A DNA stretch of 64,000 bases from Octopus bimaculoides (taxonomy: Eukaryota), in contig NC_068988.1 of assembly GCF_001194135.2 (NCBI RefSeq), positions 69,780,815 to 69,844,814 of the forward strand, read 5' to 3'. A program made the position numbers and the translations under genes. Position 1 is the stretch's first letter. Each line of letters starts with the position of its first letter. The notes under the pieces were generated by a model that saw nothing but the letters and a program-made list of their open reading frames with translations, did no database searches and was not told where the DNA came from. Below are positions 25,299 through 39,204 of this stretch, piece by piece.

Positions 25299-26134
25299 NN
25301 NNNNNNNNNNNNNNNNNNNNNNNNNNNNNNNNNNNNNNNNNNNNNNNNNNNNNNNNNNNNNNNNNNNNNNNNNNNNNNNNNNNNNNNNNNNNNNNNNNNN
25401 NNNNNNNNNNNNNNNNNNNNNNNNNNNNNNNNNNNNNNNNNNNNNNNNNNNNNNNNNNNNNNNNNNNNNNNNNNNNNNNNNNNNNNNNNNNNNNNNNNNN
25501 NNNNNNNNNNNNNNNNNNNNNNNNNNNNNNNNNNNNNNNNNNNNNNNNNNNNNNNNNNNNNNNNNNNNNNNNNNNNNNNNNNNNNNNNNNNNNNNNNNNN
25601 NNNNNNNNNNNNNNNNNNNNNNNNNNNNNNNNNNNNNNNNNNNNNNNNNNNNNNNNNNNNNNNNNNNNNNNNNNNNNNNNNNNNNNNNNNNNNNNNNNNN
25701 NNNNNNNNNNNNNNNNNNNNNNNNNNNNNNNNNNNNNNNNNNNNNNNNNNNNNNNNNNNNNNNNNNNNNNNNNNNNNNNNNNNNNNNNNNNNNNNNNNNN
25801 NNNNNNNNNNNNNNNNNNNNNNNNNNNNNNNNNNNNNNNNNNNNNNNNNNNNNNNNNNNNNNNNNNNNNNNNNNNNNNNNNNNNNNNNNNNNNNNNNNNN
25901 NNNNNNNNNNNNNNNNNNNNNNNNNNNNNNNNNNNNNNNNNNNNNNNNNNNNNNNNNNNNNNNNNNNNNNNNNNNNNNNNNNNNNNNNNNNNNNNNNNNN
26001 NNNNNNNNNNNNNNNNNNNNNNNNNNNNNNNNNNNNNNNNNNNNNNNNNNNNNNNNNNNNNNNNNNNNNNNNNNNNNNNATATATATCTATATATATATC
26101 TATATATATATCTATATATATATCTATATATATA

Positions 26135-26174
<40 letters not shown>

Positions 26175-26178
26175 TTAG

Positions 26179-26214
<36 letters not shown>

Positions 26215-26430
26215 GTATATGTTTTTGTGCCTATGTTTTTTCCCCCTATCCCATCATTGCTTGATAACCAATGCTGGTGTGTTTACATCCCAATAACTTA
26301 GCGGTTCAGCAAAAGAGACCAATACAATAAGTACTAGGCTTACAAGGAATAAGTCCTGGGGTCGATTTGCTCAACTAAAGATGGTGCTCTAGCATGACCA
26401 CAGTCAAATGACTGAAACAAATAGAAAGAA
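26215..26430 (+). mobile_element. SINE family A, 3' half (5' half 24005-24150 lies before the gaps)
   Basis: Matches the family A tail. Confidence 0.75.
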
Positions 26431-26882
26431 AAACGTAGAATATATACTGACAGAGACTATAATCGTCTGAAAACACAGATCGAGAATTCCCTATACTGAC
26501 TGGTCAGTTTCAGCAATTTTTGTTGCCTCACCAGTAAGGACCACTTGACTTTGGTTGAGTCTGGACTGAGTTCTCTGTCAGTATATATGTTTACACCATG
26601 AAAATCTGTTGTAAATCTTGGCCATCAATGGAATGAAACTATTTGATTGATGTAAAATGATGTGTGTCCTTAAGAACAGTGGTTCTGGTTTATAGAACTT
26701 TAGTTTTAACCTACTGGAAGAAACGTCCACACTATCAATGGAGCTAAAAAGGTGTTCAAATACATGATTATTGATAGTAATTTTAAATGATATTATATGA
26801 ATATAAAAATATTGCAACCCAATGATGATGTGTGATGTAGAAACATATATTACATAATTAAATCTTATGAATTTCCATCCTC

Positions 26883-26918
<36 letters not shown>

Positions 26919-29099
26919 CAATCCAAAGCAGAAAAGAATTTCACATATATACCCATACCAGTGGATTACCCCAGGTGGTGGAATTAACATGTGGTAGCTG
27001 ACAAGATGCCTAAGAGCTTTTAAGCACCTGTTACAAGGCTTTTGCCGAAATTAAACTAAATGTATATATGTGCATATATACACAAGCATACATGATTGCT
27101 CAGAAATAAATAGTACAATACAGCACAATGATTGAAACAAGTTTTCATTAAAAGAAATAAAACATGAAAGATTACTGATTAGGTTTATTGAAGGCACTCC
27201 ACGATTCTGTTTGCTTAACCATTTCTCAACGTGTAAGCATTACTGAGGCACCAGTGAAGATGCTTTAAAACATTTGGTGTTGAAAAACACTAATGTTTTG
27301 AATGTAATCTCTCTTATGTTTGGTCCAATTTCTTAGTTTTAATTTTACTAAAACTTTATCTTTTGCATATTGTTTATATTCTGAACTTAATTGTTTTTGT
27401 GTCACTATTACTTCTTCAGAAAGTCTGTGGCACCACAGATGTGTAATGTTGTCTGTTCACTGATTGGTTTTCAATGAACAGTGAATATGAGTTAGTTTTT
27501 TGTTCTCTCCATTTTCTTTATTATTTTCATAAGGAGGGATTTCATTGTTGTTTAAACAAATTATTCCTCCTCATCTATTTTCAAGATTTATGCTGATTCT
27601 TCTTTTTCTTTTTTCTCTTCTCTTATTTTACCAGCCTTTTATTAATTTTCCCCTTCAATTTTTATTATTGTTTCTTCCTCATCACACAATAAAGGTGTCG
27701 TACTATGGATTGGTGCTGTTAGGGAATGAAGTATTAGCTCAGCTATTTCGGAAATTGGGTATATAGAGATTTATTAAGATATTGGTATAAAGAGATACCT
27801 ACCCTAGAATGGGTTGGTAGGTAGGTAAGTAGGTAGGCATGTAAGTAGGTAGGTAGGTAGGTAGGTAGGTAGGTAGGTAGGAGATTCAGGATTGGAAAAC
27901 CCATCCAAACAATACTCGATTGTCAGATGTACAGCTTTGAACCATTGCACAAATGGAGTTACCAAGATCACAGAAAGTGTGATTTGGTGGAGAGATAGAA
28001 TATACCAAGTTGTACATTCGCCATCCTGTACAGATCGGTGTAACTGGTTCACACAATTTGTTAAATGGTTTCAACAGTTTTATTCATAATGTTGTTTATG
28101 GCAGTTTCAGAATAGCTCACCCACATAAATTAGATTTACTCCATTTTCACAGAGGATTTTCCCTGCCTAGCACTTCAAAATAAGGCATGAAAAAAAAAAT
28201 TTTAGAAAATCTATAATTTTCTGTTTCCTGCCTCTCCCCACCAATTTTAAATCTACAATTTCAGAACATTGCAACCCACCCCTGCCCTTACCACAGTGAT
28301 CACAGTCTTTTACTTTTTCAGTCATTAAATTGTGGCCATGCTGGGGCACCATAACAATTTTTTGCCTCTTTTCCTTTATGACACACAAAATGAAATGTAG
28401 TCTTTTCCTTTTTGCTTTCAAACTTTTCTATTTGACACAAACAAAAAAAATAAACGATTTTAAAAACAATAGTGAAACCATATTTACCCTGTATTCATGA
28501 AATTTTGGTCTGGTGAATATTTTTGCATGCCATCTTATTACAGTGTTGTTTATGACAGAATTTCAAAATAGTTCAGAAAATGTAGATAAAGAAATACAAG
28601 TCAACTTAAGTACCAGATATTTTCTGTTGCTGTCAGTGTTGGAAATTTTAAAATTAAGTAAAATTTTCAAATTTGGTATATTGATATAATTTTTCATGCT
28701 AAGTCTGGTGTTGTTATTCACTTGTTCCAGAAAAAGTTAATAAAACTTTTACAGACGTTTAAAGTTAAGATTATTTTTACCAGTCAGAAAACAGGATTTG
28801 GAAGTTGGCATTTTGTGAGTGATGACAACATTATGACAACAAAACATTCAACGACAGAAGTTTTAATAAGGTTTTTATGATGTTTTTTTTTGTGTGTGCA
28901 CGTGTGATGCATGTAAACAACAGAAAAAGGAAAAATACACAATGAAATTTTTTTTTTGTATTTATGTCTTGAGAAGACTTCTGTCTATCTCATCAATCTT
29001 CCCAGGATCTGAACTGGGTTTCAGAGCAGATCCTCTGCACAAATTTCACAAACAAACATTGCTGTTGCAATCAACAGCTGTGCAATAGCAAGCAGACAA

Positions 29100-30240
29100 A
29101 ATCTTGGCCTGTTACTATGGAAACAAGTACCAATATGTCTGTGGCTAAAATTACCAAGAATTTGCAAAGTTTAAAAGCTATTAAATTTTTATTTATTAAT
29201 TTACAGCAAAAATTAATTTCATTTCCATAGTTAGCATACAAAACTACATCTTATATATGCCACTTGTCCATAGAAATGTTTCTCAATCAATTTTGTCCTC
29301 AAACTCACCTAATTGGTACCTGCTATTTACAGTAGATTAATATTCGAGGTATCTTTTCGCCTTTGCATTCAGATATTTGTTATCAGACATAATGATAGAC
29401 CATCTGCTATCACTATTTGCCAACTTCAAGTCATCTTCTCATCTACATTTAGATCACAGGATACAATGTAAGAGTAAAAAGGCAGAAGAATTTCTGAAAA
29501 GAAATAGTGTTAGTAAGAAGCACACACCACCATACTCACCCCAAGGCAATGGCCAGTGTGCGCATACTAATGGTACTTTGCAACAAGCTGTCAAACAAGC
29601 CTTTCAAAATCTCAGTTGAGGCCCAAAACGTTGAGAAGATATTTTACCTATTACACTTTCTTCTCTTCAGTGTTCACTTTGTATGGCTACTAACCAGATT
29701 CTTCATGAAAGGTTCTTGAGATTTCCAAGACAATCTGTCATCACTCAATCTCTTATGGAATTTCTGCAACAAACGGGGAATACTCTTCTACATAGAAAAC
29801 ATTCTATATTGAAAAAAGATTGGGTTCAGAAGATAACTCTCAATGAAATTATCTCACTTCAATTTGCCAGAGTGAAGTTCAGTGATAACCACACAGATAC
29901 AGTCTCAACCCGGATTCTAGGGCCATTTCTCATGGATCTGGATCCAGAATAGTTAGCATTGTCATCTCCCAGTCATCACTCTCTACAACTTGCTTCCAGC
30001 TATGGATAATCGGAGTTGCTAAAAGACAATCAACCACACATGTCAGAGAAACTAGAAGACGATAATGGATGCAGACCATGAGCTGCAAGTAAAGCAAGAC
30101 GACTTCCTCAACCTGTTTTAGCTGAAACCAGTGTTACTGATGACAACTCAGTTAGAATCTCCCAGGTAGTTAGAGAAATATGCAAACCCAAATAGTTACA
30201 GGACTACTGCATGAATTATCAGATCTTTTGCCAGTGGAGA
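29100..30240 (+). mobile_element. Decayed Ty3/gypsy integrase region
   Basis: YLLFTVD.YSRY, HTPPYSPQGNGQC..TNGT, WEDILP, ATNQILHERF, FARVKFSDNHTDTVSTR match the integrase (rve) core and C-terminus; possible purine tract near 30235. Confidence 0.75.
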
Positions 30241-31354
30241 AGACTGCCTCTATTGCATTTGAAGTACTTACAATTCAAGACATTAGTTCCAAAGTTGAAA
30301 TTTCTCCCACAATCCTTCAATATATTCAGCCATAAAAACTAATCATTGGCATACAGACGTTCTCACAGACAACTGTCTTAAACTCTTCTGTTAGGGCCTG
30401 GAGAACCTATGTGTATATTTGTGTGCATATATGTAAGATTGTATGCATTCATACGTGTATCTAAGTATCTATGTATGTAACTACCAATGCATATATGGGT
30501 CTATGTATATTAAATCAATACAGATCAGTTAATGTTACTTACAGGAAAAGGAAGCAGACCTTCTGGAGATATCAGCTGTGAATGAATGACATCCTATCCT
30601 GGGGTAATTGTATCAACTATATATATATTTAACAGTATAAAAGTGGAACTAAAATCCATTTATGATCTTTCTCTCTCTCTCTCTCTTTGTATGTATATGC
30701 ACCTGCATATAGACATTCATACACACTCGACTGGTAAATAAATAGATATAGTACTTTTATATTTTCTTCTTGAGCTTGAATACCAGACTGGTGATTTTTG
30801 AATATTATCAAAAATCTAACAATGTTGTAGTAAGAAACACCTTCTTGAAGGAATGATGGCTTTTACAAAATTCCTTTCAGTTTAAGTACGATAACAAGTT
30901 TGAAGTTTATAAAAGTCACTTAGCTGGTACTGATAAAATTTTTTCCAGTAGAAGACAATCCGAACTGAAGCTATGAATTCAAAATTGAAAATTGATCTGA
31001 AATTGAGTCAATTTTGTTACATCACTTACACTTGGAAATCTATGTTTGTATTTTTGGGTCTACAGAAAGACAGACAAAAAGAATCTCTACACAAAATCAA
31101 AATAATCACAGACACAAATACATTTTAAAAATCCAATAAATTTATGAAAGTGGAACTCTATCCTGTTGTTTCTGATATCAAAAATTTTGTGAAATGCATG
31201 GTGTAAGAGACATTGTAGTTTGTTTGGACTCTTACAGAAACGTATAACAGTGTGGCCAAGAAGTTTGCTTTGCTTTGCAACAATGTTGTTCTGGATTTGA
31301 TCCCATAGTGTGGAGCCATATATATAGCTTCATTACATATGTATAAATATTCTC

Positions 31355-31670
31355 ATAACTGGCACTCTGTAGGTTACAACAATGAGGATTCCAGTTGATC
31401 TGATCAACAGAATAGCCTGCACATGAAATTAATGTGCAAATGGTTGAACACTCCACAGACCTTAACATAGTTCTCATTGAGTTTCAGTATGACACAGAAT
31501 GTGACAAGGCTGGTCCCTTTGAAATACATGTACTACTCACCTTTGCCAGCTTAGTGGACTGAAGCAATGTAAAATAAAGTGTCTTGCTCAAGGACAAGGT
31601 GTGCTGCCAATAATCAAGCTCATGACTTTATGGTCACGAGCCAAATACTCTAGCCACTAAGCCATGCGCC
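31355..31670 (-). mobile_element. tRNA-derived SINE combining the family C central domain with the family B 3' domain
   Basis: 31530-31600 matches 10400-10460; 31360-31525 matches 46415-46590. Confidence 0.75.
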
Positions 31671-31888
31671 ATCACTCCCTAGCCTCATTATATATATATA
31701 TATTTCATCCCAGCCAAACCTAACTGAGCTGAGCTATAATCTTTAGGCAGTTCAGTCATGCCCATCTTGTCTTTTTAGAACTAACTACATTAGTTAGTAG
31801 TTAACAGTTATTGGCTCCTTACTGAACAGTAAATTATCAATGGTATCAGGCAAAGAAATTGTTGTCAATATTTCAAAATCTGACACCT

Positions 31889-31922
<34 letters not shown>

Positions 31923-33607
31923 CAGCAGCAGCATTAAAATGAGCTGATTAACCTGAGATCATTCCTGATCCAAGAGGCCGATGATTGCAGTCATGGATAT
32001 TTTGATCTTTATTTTATAAATATGCTATCTCAAAAATCAAAAGACACATTGAATAATGTAGGCTTCGATTCTTTCTGGAAAGATGAATAAAAACATAGAG
32101 GACAAGGCTAGAATGTACATATTTATACATCTACATTGGTACAGCTGACCTTTGGTCAAACACTAGTGTTAACTAAAAAACATAGTGTAGTAAGTTTTGA
32201 ACCAATGAAACTTCAGATTAAAACTCTGACATAAAGCTCAAAACTAGACTGAGATTAGCTGTAATTCAATTCAAACCTTCTTAAAATCATAAATTATTTC
32301 CTTTATCAACAACAAATACCTTTATCTTCTACCCACTCTCATTCTTTGCTCTAATAAATTAGTATTTTCTTTCACAACAATTTAACTCTGATTTCTTCTC
32401 AAATATCCATTCCTGGAGTTCTCTATCAACAAAGCATGATATAACTTGTATAACTGGTTCTGTTCTGTAAAAATAACTGGTTTAATGTCTGAAATTGTAA
32501 ACCAGTCATTTTGCCTGTTTAAAACAAGACATCTGTTCCTTTAACAATACTTGTTTTATCAAGAGATATTTACTCTTGCCTTCCCTAAACATCATACTTA
32601 GTCAAAACGATACAGAAAACAAGAAGCAATTTCCTACTGTCCAGTCATTCTAAATTTGCTCCACCTTCTCCTCCTCCTCCTCCTATTGCTCTCTCACCCA
32701 TAACAGCCCCTATATAAAGACAACAATTGGGAACTGCTGGCTATTCATTTCAGAGGAAACCTAGGCTTTTCATACATCTTCATTAATGGTTTTCATAAAG
32801 CAATGTCAATTAGAAAATCTTCCTTCTTTTCTATATCAACAATGGATGCTTGCTCTAAAATGTTAAACTAAAAGTTATCTATGTTAAACTCTTACACTGG
32901 AGGTGTGTGTGTGTCTGTACGTCTGTAAATATGTACATGTATGCATGTTTGTGTATGTGTGTGTATGTACATATATATGTGTGTGTCTGTGTGTGTGTAT
33001 GCTATTGTGTATAGAAATATACACACACAATAGGTGCAGGAATAGCTTCATGGTTAAAAAGTTTGCTTCCTAGCCACATTGTTTCAGGTTCAGTCCTACG
33101 GTACAGTGTCTTGCGAAAGTGTCCTCTACTTAAGCACAGAGCCAACCTAAGTCATGTATTTGAAGCTGGTAAACAGAAACTGAAAGAGATCTTTAATATA
33201 TATAACAGAGGACAAAGATTTTGTCTTACTTTTCTTTACTTTCTTTTTGTTCTACTTTTTGCATCAATCTTTGCATTTTTCTTCTCATTCTTTTATCATG
33301 TTTTCTCAAAGACCAGAATCCTGGTTTTTAAATACATCTAGTGTTATGAAGTGAGCATGAAAGATTGCTTGGAGATACATGGCATGTTATATAAATCTAC
33401 CAAGTTAATTTATCTTAAAGCATGAAACTGTAAATAGCACTTGTAATTGTATATATTAAATTACATTTATCACTCAACGGATGGAATACTTTTTGCTGAG
33501 CCAACCTATAATGGAACTGTAAATCATATAGATATGTGTGTGTATATGTGTATAAACAAAAAAAAAAAAAAATCAGGAGGAATGATTTATTTATTTATTT
33601 ATTTACT

Positions 33608-33748
33608 GCATGGTAAGTAGCTTGCTTACCAACCACATGGTTCCGGGTTCAGTCCCACTGCATGGCACCTTGGGCAAGTGTCTTCTACTATAGCCTCGGG
33701 CCGACCAAAGCCTTGTGAGTGGATTTGGTAGACGGAAANNNNNNNNNN

Positions 33749-33779
<31 letters not shown>

Positions 33780-33990
33780 GTGTTTGTGTGTCTGTGTTTG
33801 TCCCCCCACCATCGCTTGACAACCGATGCTAGTGTGTTTACGTCCCCGTAACTTAGCAGTTAGGCAAAAAGAGACCGATAGAATAAGTACTAGGCTTACA
33901 AAGAATAAGTCCTGGGGTCAATTTTTTCGACTAAAGGCAGTGCTCCAGCATGGCCGCAATCAAATGACTGAAACAAGTAAAAACAGTAAA
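33608..33990 (+). mobile_element. SINE family A (young copy)
   Basis: Near-identical to 9071-9480; a 10-N gap lies in the central microsatellite. Confidence 0.9.
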
Positions 33991-35292
33991 GAGAGAGTAT
34001 CTACTTAATCACTTGACATGCTTAGGATTACGACTATTTCAAAGTCTTTTTTAAGCAGTCATAATTTCAGTGCAGAATAAAATTATGCTTACATGTTTGC
34101 CTTAATAATTATCCTCCACACTATACAATACAATTTTATATTCACAAATCAATGCAAATAAAGAAAGCTAGCTCATCAGATCACCAGAACATCATGGTTA
34201 CACCATGATTCAACTACTGACCATGCATATTAATGTGACAAAAAATCCCCTCCTCCAATGCCCCCATTCCTCTCAAAATTCTTGCAAGTTATTTGGTGAC
34301 CCTGTGATGCTGGTGCCACGTAAAAAGCATCCAGTCCACACTGTAAAGTGGTTGGCATTTGAAAGGGCATCTAACTGTAAAAATCATGCCAAAACTGACC
34401 TCACCTGTAAAAGCACTTAGTCCACTCTGCAGAGTGGTTGGTGTTAGGCAATTACATCCAGCCGTAAAAACCCTGCCAAAACATACACAGTAGTCTGGGG
34501 GTAGTCTTCTACCTGGCCAGCTCCTGTCAACTGTCTTACCCATGCATGGATTGAGGGAGAGAGAGGTACAAGAAAGAAGACAAAACAGGTGTGTTGATGC
34601 AAAAGAGATACTTGGTTACCTAGCCAGAGGGAAATGCAAGAGACGAAGAGAGAGAGAGAGTGATCAAGATGAAAGATGGATGTTAAACAATGATGATGAT
34701 GATGATGTACTGGGATCTCTTTTCATGCCGCCAGCACTAGTGAAGTTTCCATCCAAATCACAACACTACAAACCCTGAGTGGGTGAGGATGAGGCTCTAT
34801 GCTAGGAGACAAGAGGTTAAAGTGTAAGAGAAGGGAACAGAGCAGGGTTTATTATTTTTTTTTGTTGTAGAGGAGCTACATGACAACTCACATTTAGAAG
34901 AGAGGCTGAGAATGATCAGGTGGTAATGCAAAGAAATGAATAGTGGTGATGTGGTTCCAGTGACCCCTTCAAGGTATGAGATGAGTGGACTCAAAGGAAA
35001 CTAGAATAAGATGATAAGAAGAGGGAAAGAGAGGTAGGCAGCAACTATAAAGAGTAGGAAAGAATGAAGGGTGTATGTTGAGGATGGGTGGTAAGAAGCA
35101 GATGACCTACGATGCATGAGTGGGAGGTGAGTAGAGTCAATATCGTTAAATTTGACTATTTTTCAATGACTTAAAGTTTCATATCATTAAGACATTCATC
35201 AGATGGCATATTAACAATGATGTATTTGGAAAACATGACAGAAGTCCAACTGGAATTTTGATCAGTTCTATTCATATGAATTTTATGTAACC

Positions 35293-35577
35293 TCAAATAT
35301 AGGCTGATAAATCTTGTGAAATTGTGCTGTTAGTAAACACATTATAAACATCAACAAAAGAAATGCTGTCAGCCTTGAACCAATCAGCTATACCAATGTT
35401 ACAGGTGACTGGTTTAAGAACAAAATTTGATGCACATTGATTTAATTCAACATTGCAGAGTTCTACATAGAAATTTGCAACTTCTTCTTGCCAAGCCATT
35501 GGTATTAAGAAAGATACAGCACCGACAGTTATAATGACATTGAGATGAAAATGCATAAGAGGAAATCCTTGCTTTTC
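35293..35577 (-). CDS. Candidate coding exon or pseudogene segment, product unknown
   Basis: Stop-free for about 105 codons in unique sequence; about one third of codons start with G, roughly twice background; possible acceptor near 35577; no recognised family. Confidence 0.3.
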   Translation of the reverse strand, partial: EKQGFPLMHFHLNVIITVGAVSFLIPMAWQEEVANFYVELCNVELNQCASNFVLKPVTCNIGIADWFKADSISFVDVYNVFTNSTISQDLSAYI

Positions 35578-35934
35578 AATGAATGTGTAAATGAAAAAGT
35601 AACCAATTCATTTGGTATCAATATTGGCAGCTAGAACTGAACTAAATGGATTTTACAACTTAGATATACTAAAAATAATATTAAAAACTCTAGACGTAGA
35701 GCTTTTTAGAGTTAATTTTCCTACTGTTGCACATTACATAAAACCTATACATGAGATCAGTATAGGAAAGAATTGGTTTAATGGTTTGGCTTTTCATATT
35801 ATAGTCAAAACCAACTTAAGCTTAGTTAACTTTCAACATATAAGTGGATCAGGAGACTAATAAAAACCAAACTAGAATCTCATGGGCATAAAGATTCTAT
35901 TCACCTTCCAATATATTTTAAAAGTTTAGCAATT

Positions 35935-36780
35935 ATAGGCACAGGCGTGACTGTGTGATAAGAAGGTTGCTTTCCAACCACATGGTTCTGGGTTCTGTCC
36001 CACTGCATGGGACTGAACTTGGGCCAACCAAAATCTTGTGAGTAGATTTGGTAAACAGAAGTTAAAAGAAGCCTGTCATATACATATGTATGTATATATA
36101 TTCATCCAACCCATGCTAGCATGGAAAGTGGACGTTAAATGATGATGATGATGATGATGACATTTATGTGTGTGTCTATGTGTCTGTGTTTGTTCCTCCA
36201 CCATCGCTTAACAACCGATGCTGGTGTGTTTATATGTCTCTGTAACTTAGTGGTTCAACAAAAGAGAACGACAGAATAAGTACCAGGCTTACACAGAATA
36301 AGTCTTGGAGTCAATTTCTGTGACTAAAAGGCGGTGCTCCAGCATGGGCGCAGCCAAATGACTGAAACAAACAAAAGGATAAAAGAAAAAGAATAGGTGC
36401 AGGCATGGCAGCATGATAAGAAGTTTGCTTCCCACCTACATGATTCTGGGTTCAGTCTCAGTGCATGGCATCTAGGGCAAGTATCTTCTACTATAGCCTT
36501 GTGGGTGGATTTGGTACACGGAAACTGAGAGAAGCTCTTCATGTATACTGTCTGTATGTGTGTGTGTGTGTGTGCCTTTGTATCTATGTTTCTCCCATAC
36601 CATTACTTGACAGCTGGTGTTGGTGTGTATACATCTTTGTAACTTAGCAGTTCAGCAAAAGAGAACCAATAGAATAAGTGCTAAGCTTAAAAAAGATACT
36701 AAGATCGAATCATTCTGTAAGAATTCTTCAAAGTGGTGTCCCAGCATGGCTGCAGTTTAATGACAGAAACAAGTAAAAGA
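35935..36780 (+). mobile_element. Two tandem SINE family A copies; the first carries a short RTE-terminus insert (about 36095-36160)
   Basis: Heads near 35940 and 36397, tails near 36375 and 36780. Confidence 0.75.
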
Positions 36781-36959
36781 TAACAAATAAGATATTTATA
36801 CATCACCAGTTAGGGTAACTGTCAATAAAACAGTCAGTTAATAATAATAATAATAATAATAATGTACTAGAAAAACTTTGTATAAAGTATAATATGAGAT
36901 TCCTAACTAAGCAATAGCAGCAGCAAAACAAACATGAAAATCATGATGTTAGTTGATTC

Positions 36960-37183
36960 AACCCTTTTGATACCAACCTCTGCCTGAGGTCTCCTCTGGT
37001 TCTTTGATAGAAGTTTCCTGTTTTAAAGTAATCTAAATTAAAGCCTTCCAACAAAATTCCATGTTAATTTTTGTTTCAAACAGCAGTTTTATAATGACAG
37101 TTTTAGTAAATTTCTACTGTTTTCAAAATCAAATGAAGCAAAAGCAGTTCATTTCATTAGAAATATGGTGATGAAGGGGTTAA
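36960..37183. mobile_element. Possible older piggyBac-like MITE
   Basis: TCAACCCTTTTGATACC ... GGTGATGAAGGGGTTAA: imperfect inverted ends and one clear TTAA. Confidence 0.4.
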
Positions 37184-37564
37184 CTTGCCCATCAGCAATA
37201 ATGTACAATCAAAATTTTGCTAGAAATGTCGTAGCTCTAATCAAAAAGAAAAAAAAAAAAGAAAACAGGATTCCTGAACAACCCCAACATTGCTGAAGTC
37301 AATTACAGCTGTATGGTTAAGAAGTTTGCTTTTGAACTATTTGGTTGAGAATTCAGTCACACTGCATGGATATCCTCAGCTGGTGAAATCTGCTATAACC
37401 ACAGGTTAATCAATACCATGTGAATAAAATTGGTAGATGGCATGTTATGTGTGTAAATGTGTATGTGGGACCCCTTTGTCTCCTGGCAACCAAATTCTTT
37501 TAAACACAGTCTACTGCTGTTCACACACACATATTACATATATTTGTTTGTGTGTGCATGTGTG

Positions 37565-37601
<37 letters not shown>

Positions 37602-38793
37602 AAGAGAAAGAGAGAGTGTGTATAACAAATGAGCAAAAATAAGTAAAAAACAACCCAGACAAGAGGGAGAAGTTTTCACGAAGTCTCATGCTTGTAAAGA
37701 AAAGGGAAGGGTAGCTAACCATAGAAAACTCTTCCAATATAATTTTCTCTGGATCAAGCATCGAAAAGCAAACATCAAAATGCTGATGATATATGTATGT
37801 AAATGTATGTGTAAGTATGTGCACATCTATGTAGCTTGGTGTTTACTTACATTTGCACTTTGAAATTCATTAGCCATAAAAGCTGTAAAATACTGCCTCA
37901 GTAATGGATATGTTCAACCTATGCTAACACACACACGCACACACACGTGTGTGTGTGTGTTATATAAGTGCAGGCATGGATGAATAATTAAAAGGATCAC
38001 TTTGCAACCACTTGATTTTAGGTTCAGTTCCACTGGATGGCACTTTCGCCAACAGTCCTCTACTATGACCCTGAGCTAACCAATGCCTTTTGAGTGAATT
38101 TGGTAGATAGAAACTATATAGAAGCTCAGCATGTGTGCGTGTATATGTGTGTGTATGTGTGTGTGCATGTGTGTCTGTGTGTGTACACACACACATATAT
38201 ATATATATATAAATGGGACAAGAACGCAAAACATCCAGACAGTTAGGTGATACAAGAAAGGGACAACAAAACATCCAGATAGACGATACAAAGAAAACAA
38301 GGACAGGTCATTCAGAATTTTCTTTCATCAGTTGAGATCCAGATTATCTTTGCAATTTCGGCTGGTTATACTCGATATATATATTATCTAAAAGAATTCC
38401 AACTCTGTCTGTTTTTTATGTTTTACTTATATTCTTATAAAATTAATGTAGGATGTAGAATATGGAATATATTGTATATATAGTAAAATGAAATGAAGTA
38501 TTGAATGTGTCTTATTGAATAAATGAAATATTGAATATTAAATATTAAAGAACTAGTATACTTTCCTGCTTTCTAGCAGTCTTCAAGGTCCCAAGCCAAC
38601 AATTTTGGAGGAGGAGATAAGTCAATTACATTGATCCCATTATTCAACTGGCTCTTTATTCTATTAACCCCAAAGGGATGAACGGCAAAGTTTTGCCCAG
38701 CATGCTAATGGCTCTGCCAGATCTCTGCCTTCATATATATATATANNNNNNNNNNTTTGCCCAGCATGCTAATGGCTCTGCCAGATCTCTGCC

Positions 38794-38844
<51 letters not shown>

Positions 38845-39162
38845 ATATATTATATGTGTGTGTGTGTGCGCGTGTATGTTTACATGAACTTAAATATATA
38901 TCCAGTCATAGAGTGACCAATGGTTTTGCATCCATAAAGTGCTTTATAGTCAAATTGTCAGACTCTAGTAGTGGTCATGGGCATATAACCTCTCTTCAAA
39001 CTGGAGGCAGAAAACCCTCCCCTTAGAACCACATTCTCACCCAGCCCCACCAGTTTGAAAAGAGGTTATGTGCCTGTGGCCATAGGAGTCTGACAAGTCA
39101 TCTGTAAAGCTAAGCGTTTTATGAATATGAAACCATTGGTTATTCTATGACCAGACATATAT

Positions 39163-39204
<42 letters not shown>

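Noticed and set aside
20625-26296. Very long ORFs (up to 401 aa) in the ORF track
   Set aside because: They consist of N-gaps and (TA)n/(CA)n repeats (YIYI, HTHT), so they are artefacts; the same applies to 16124-16417, 40225-40680 and 55826-56206.
27892-28140. ORFs on both strands, faintly like a mariner C-terminus
   Set aside because: Similarity is too weak to support either a gene or a TE call.
35545-35600. FIEKQGFPLMHFHL resembling a HUH/Helitron Rep motif 2
   Set aside because: No downstream YxxKY motif or other Rep features are present.
38215-38374. Minus-strand CAGCCGAAA and CTGATGAA motifs suggesting a permuted (type II) hammerhead
   Set aside because: No consistent stems I, II and III can be formed; it is treated as a truncated repeat with a two-copy internal module.
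38691-38800. Direct duplication of about 50 bp across a 10-N gap (also 24803-24910)
   Set aside because: Identical sequence on both sides of a nominal gap indicates unmerged contig overlap, not biology.
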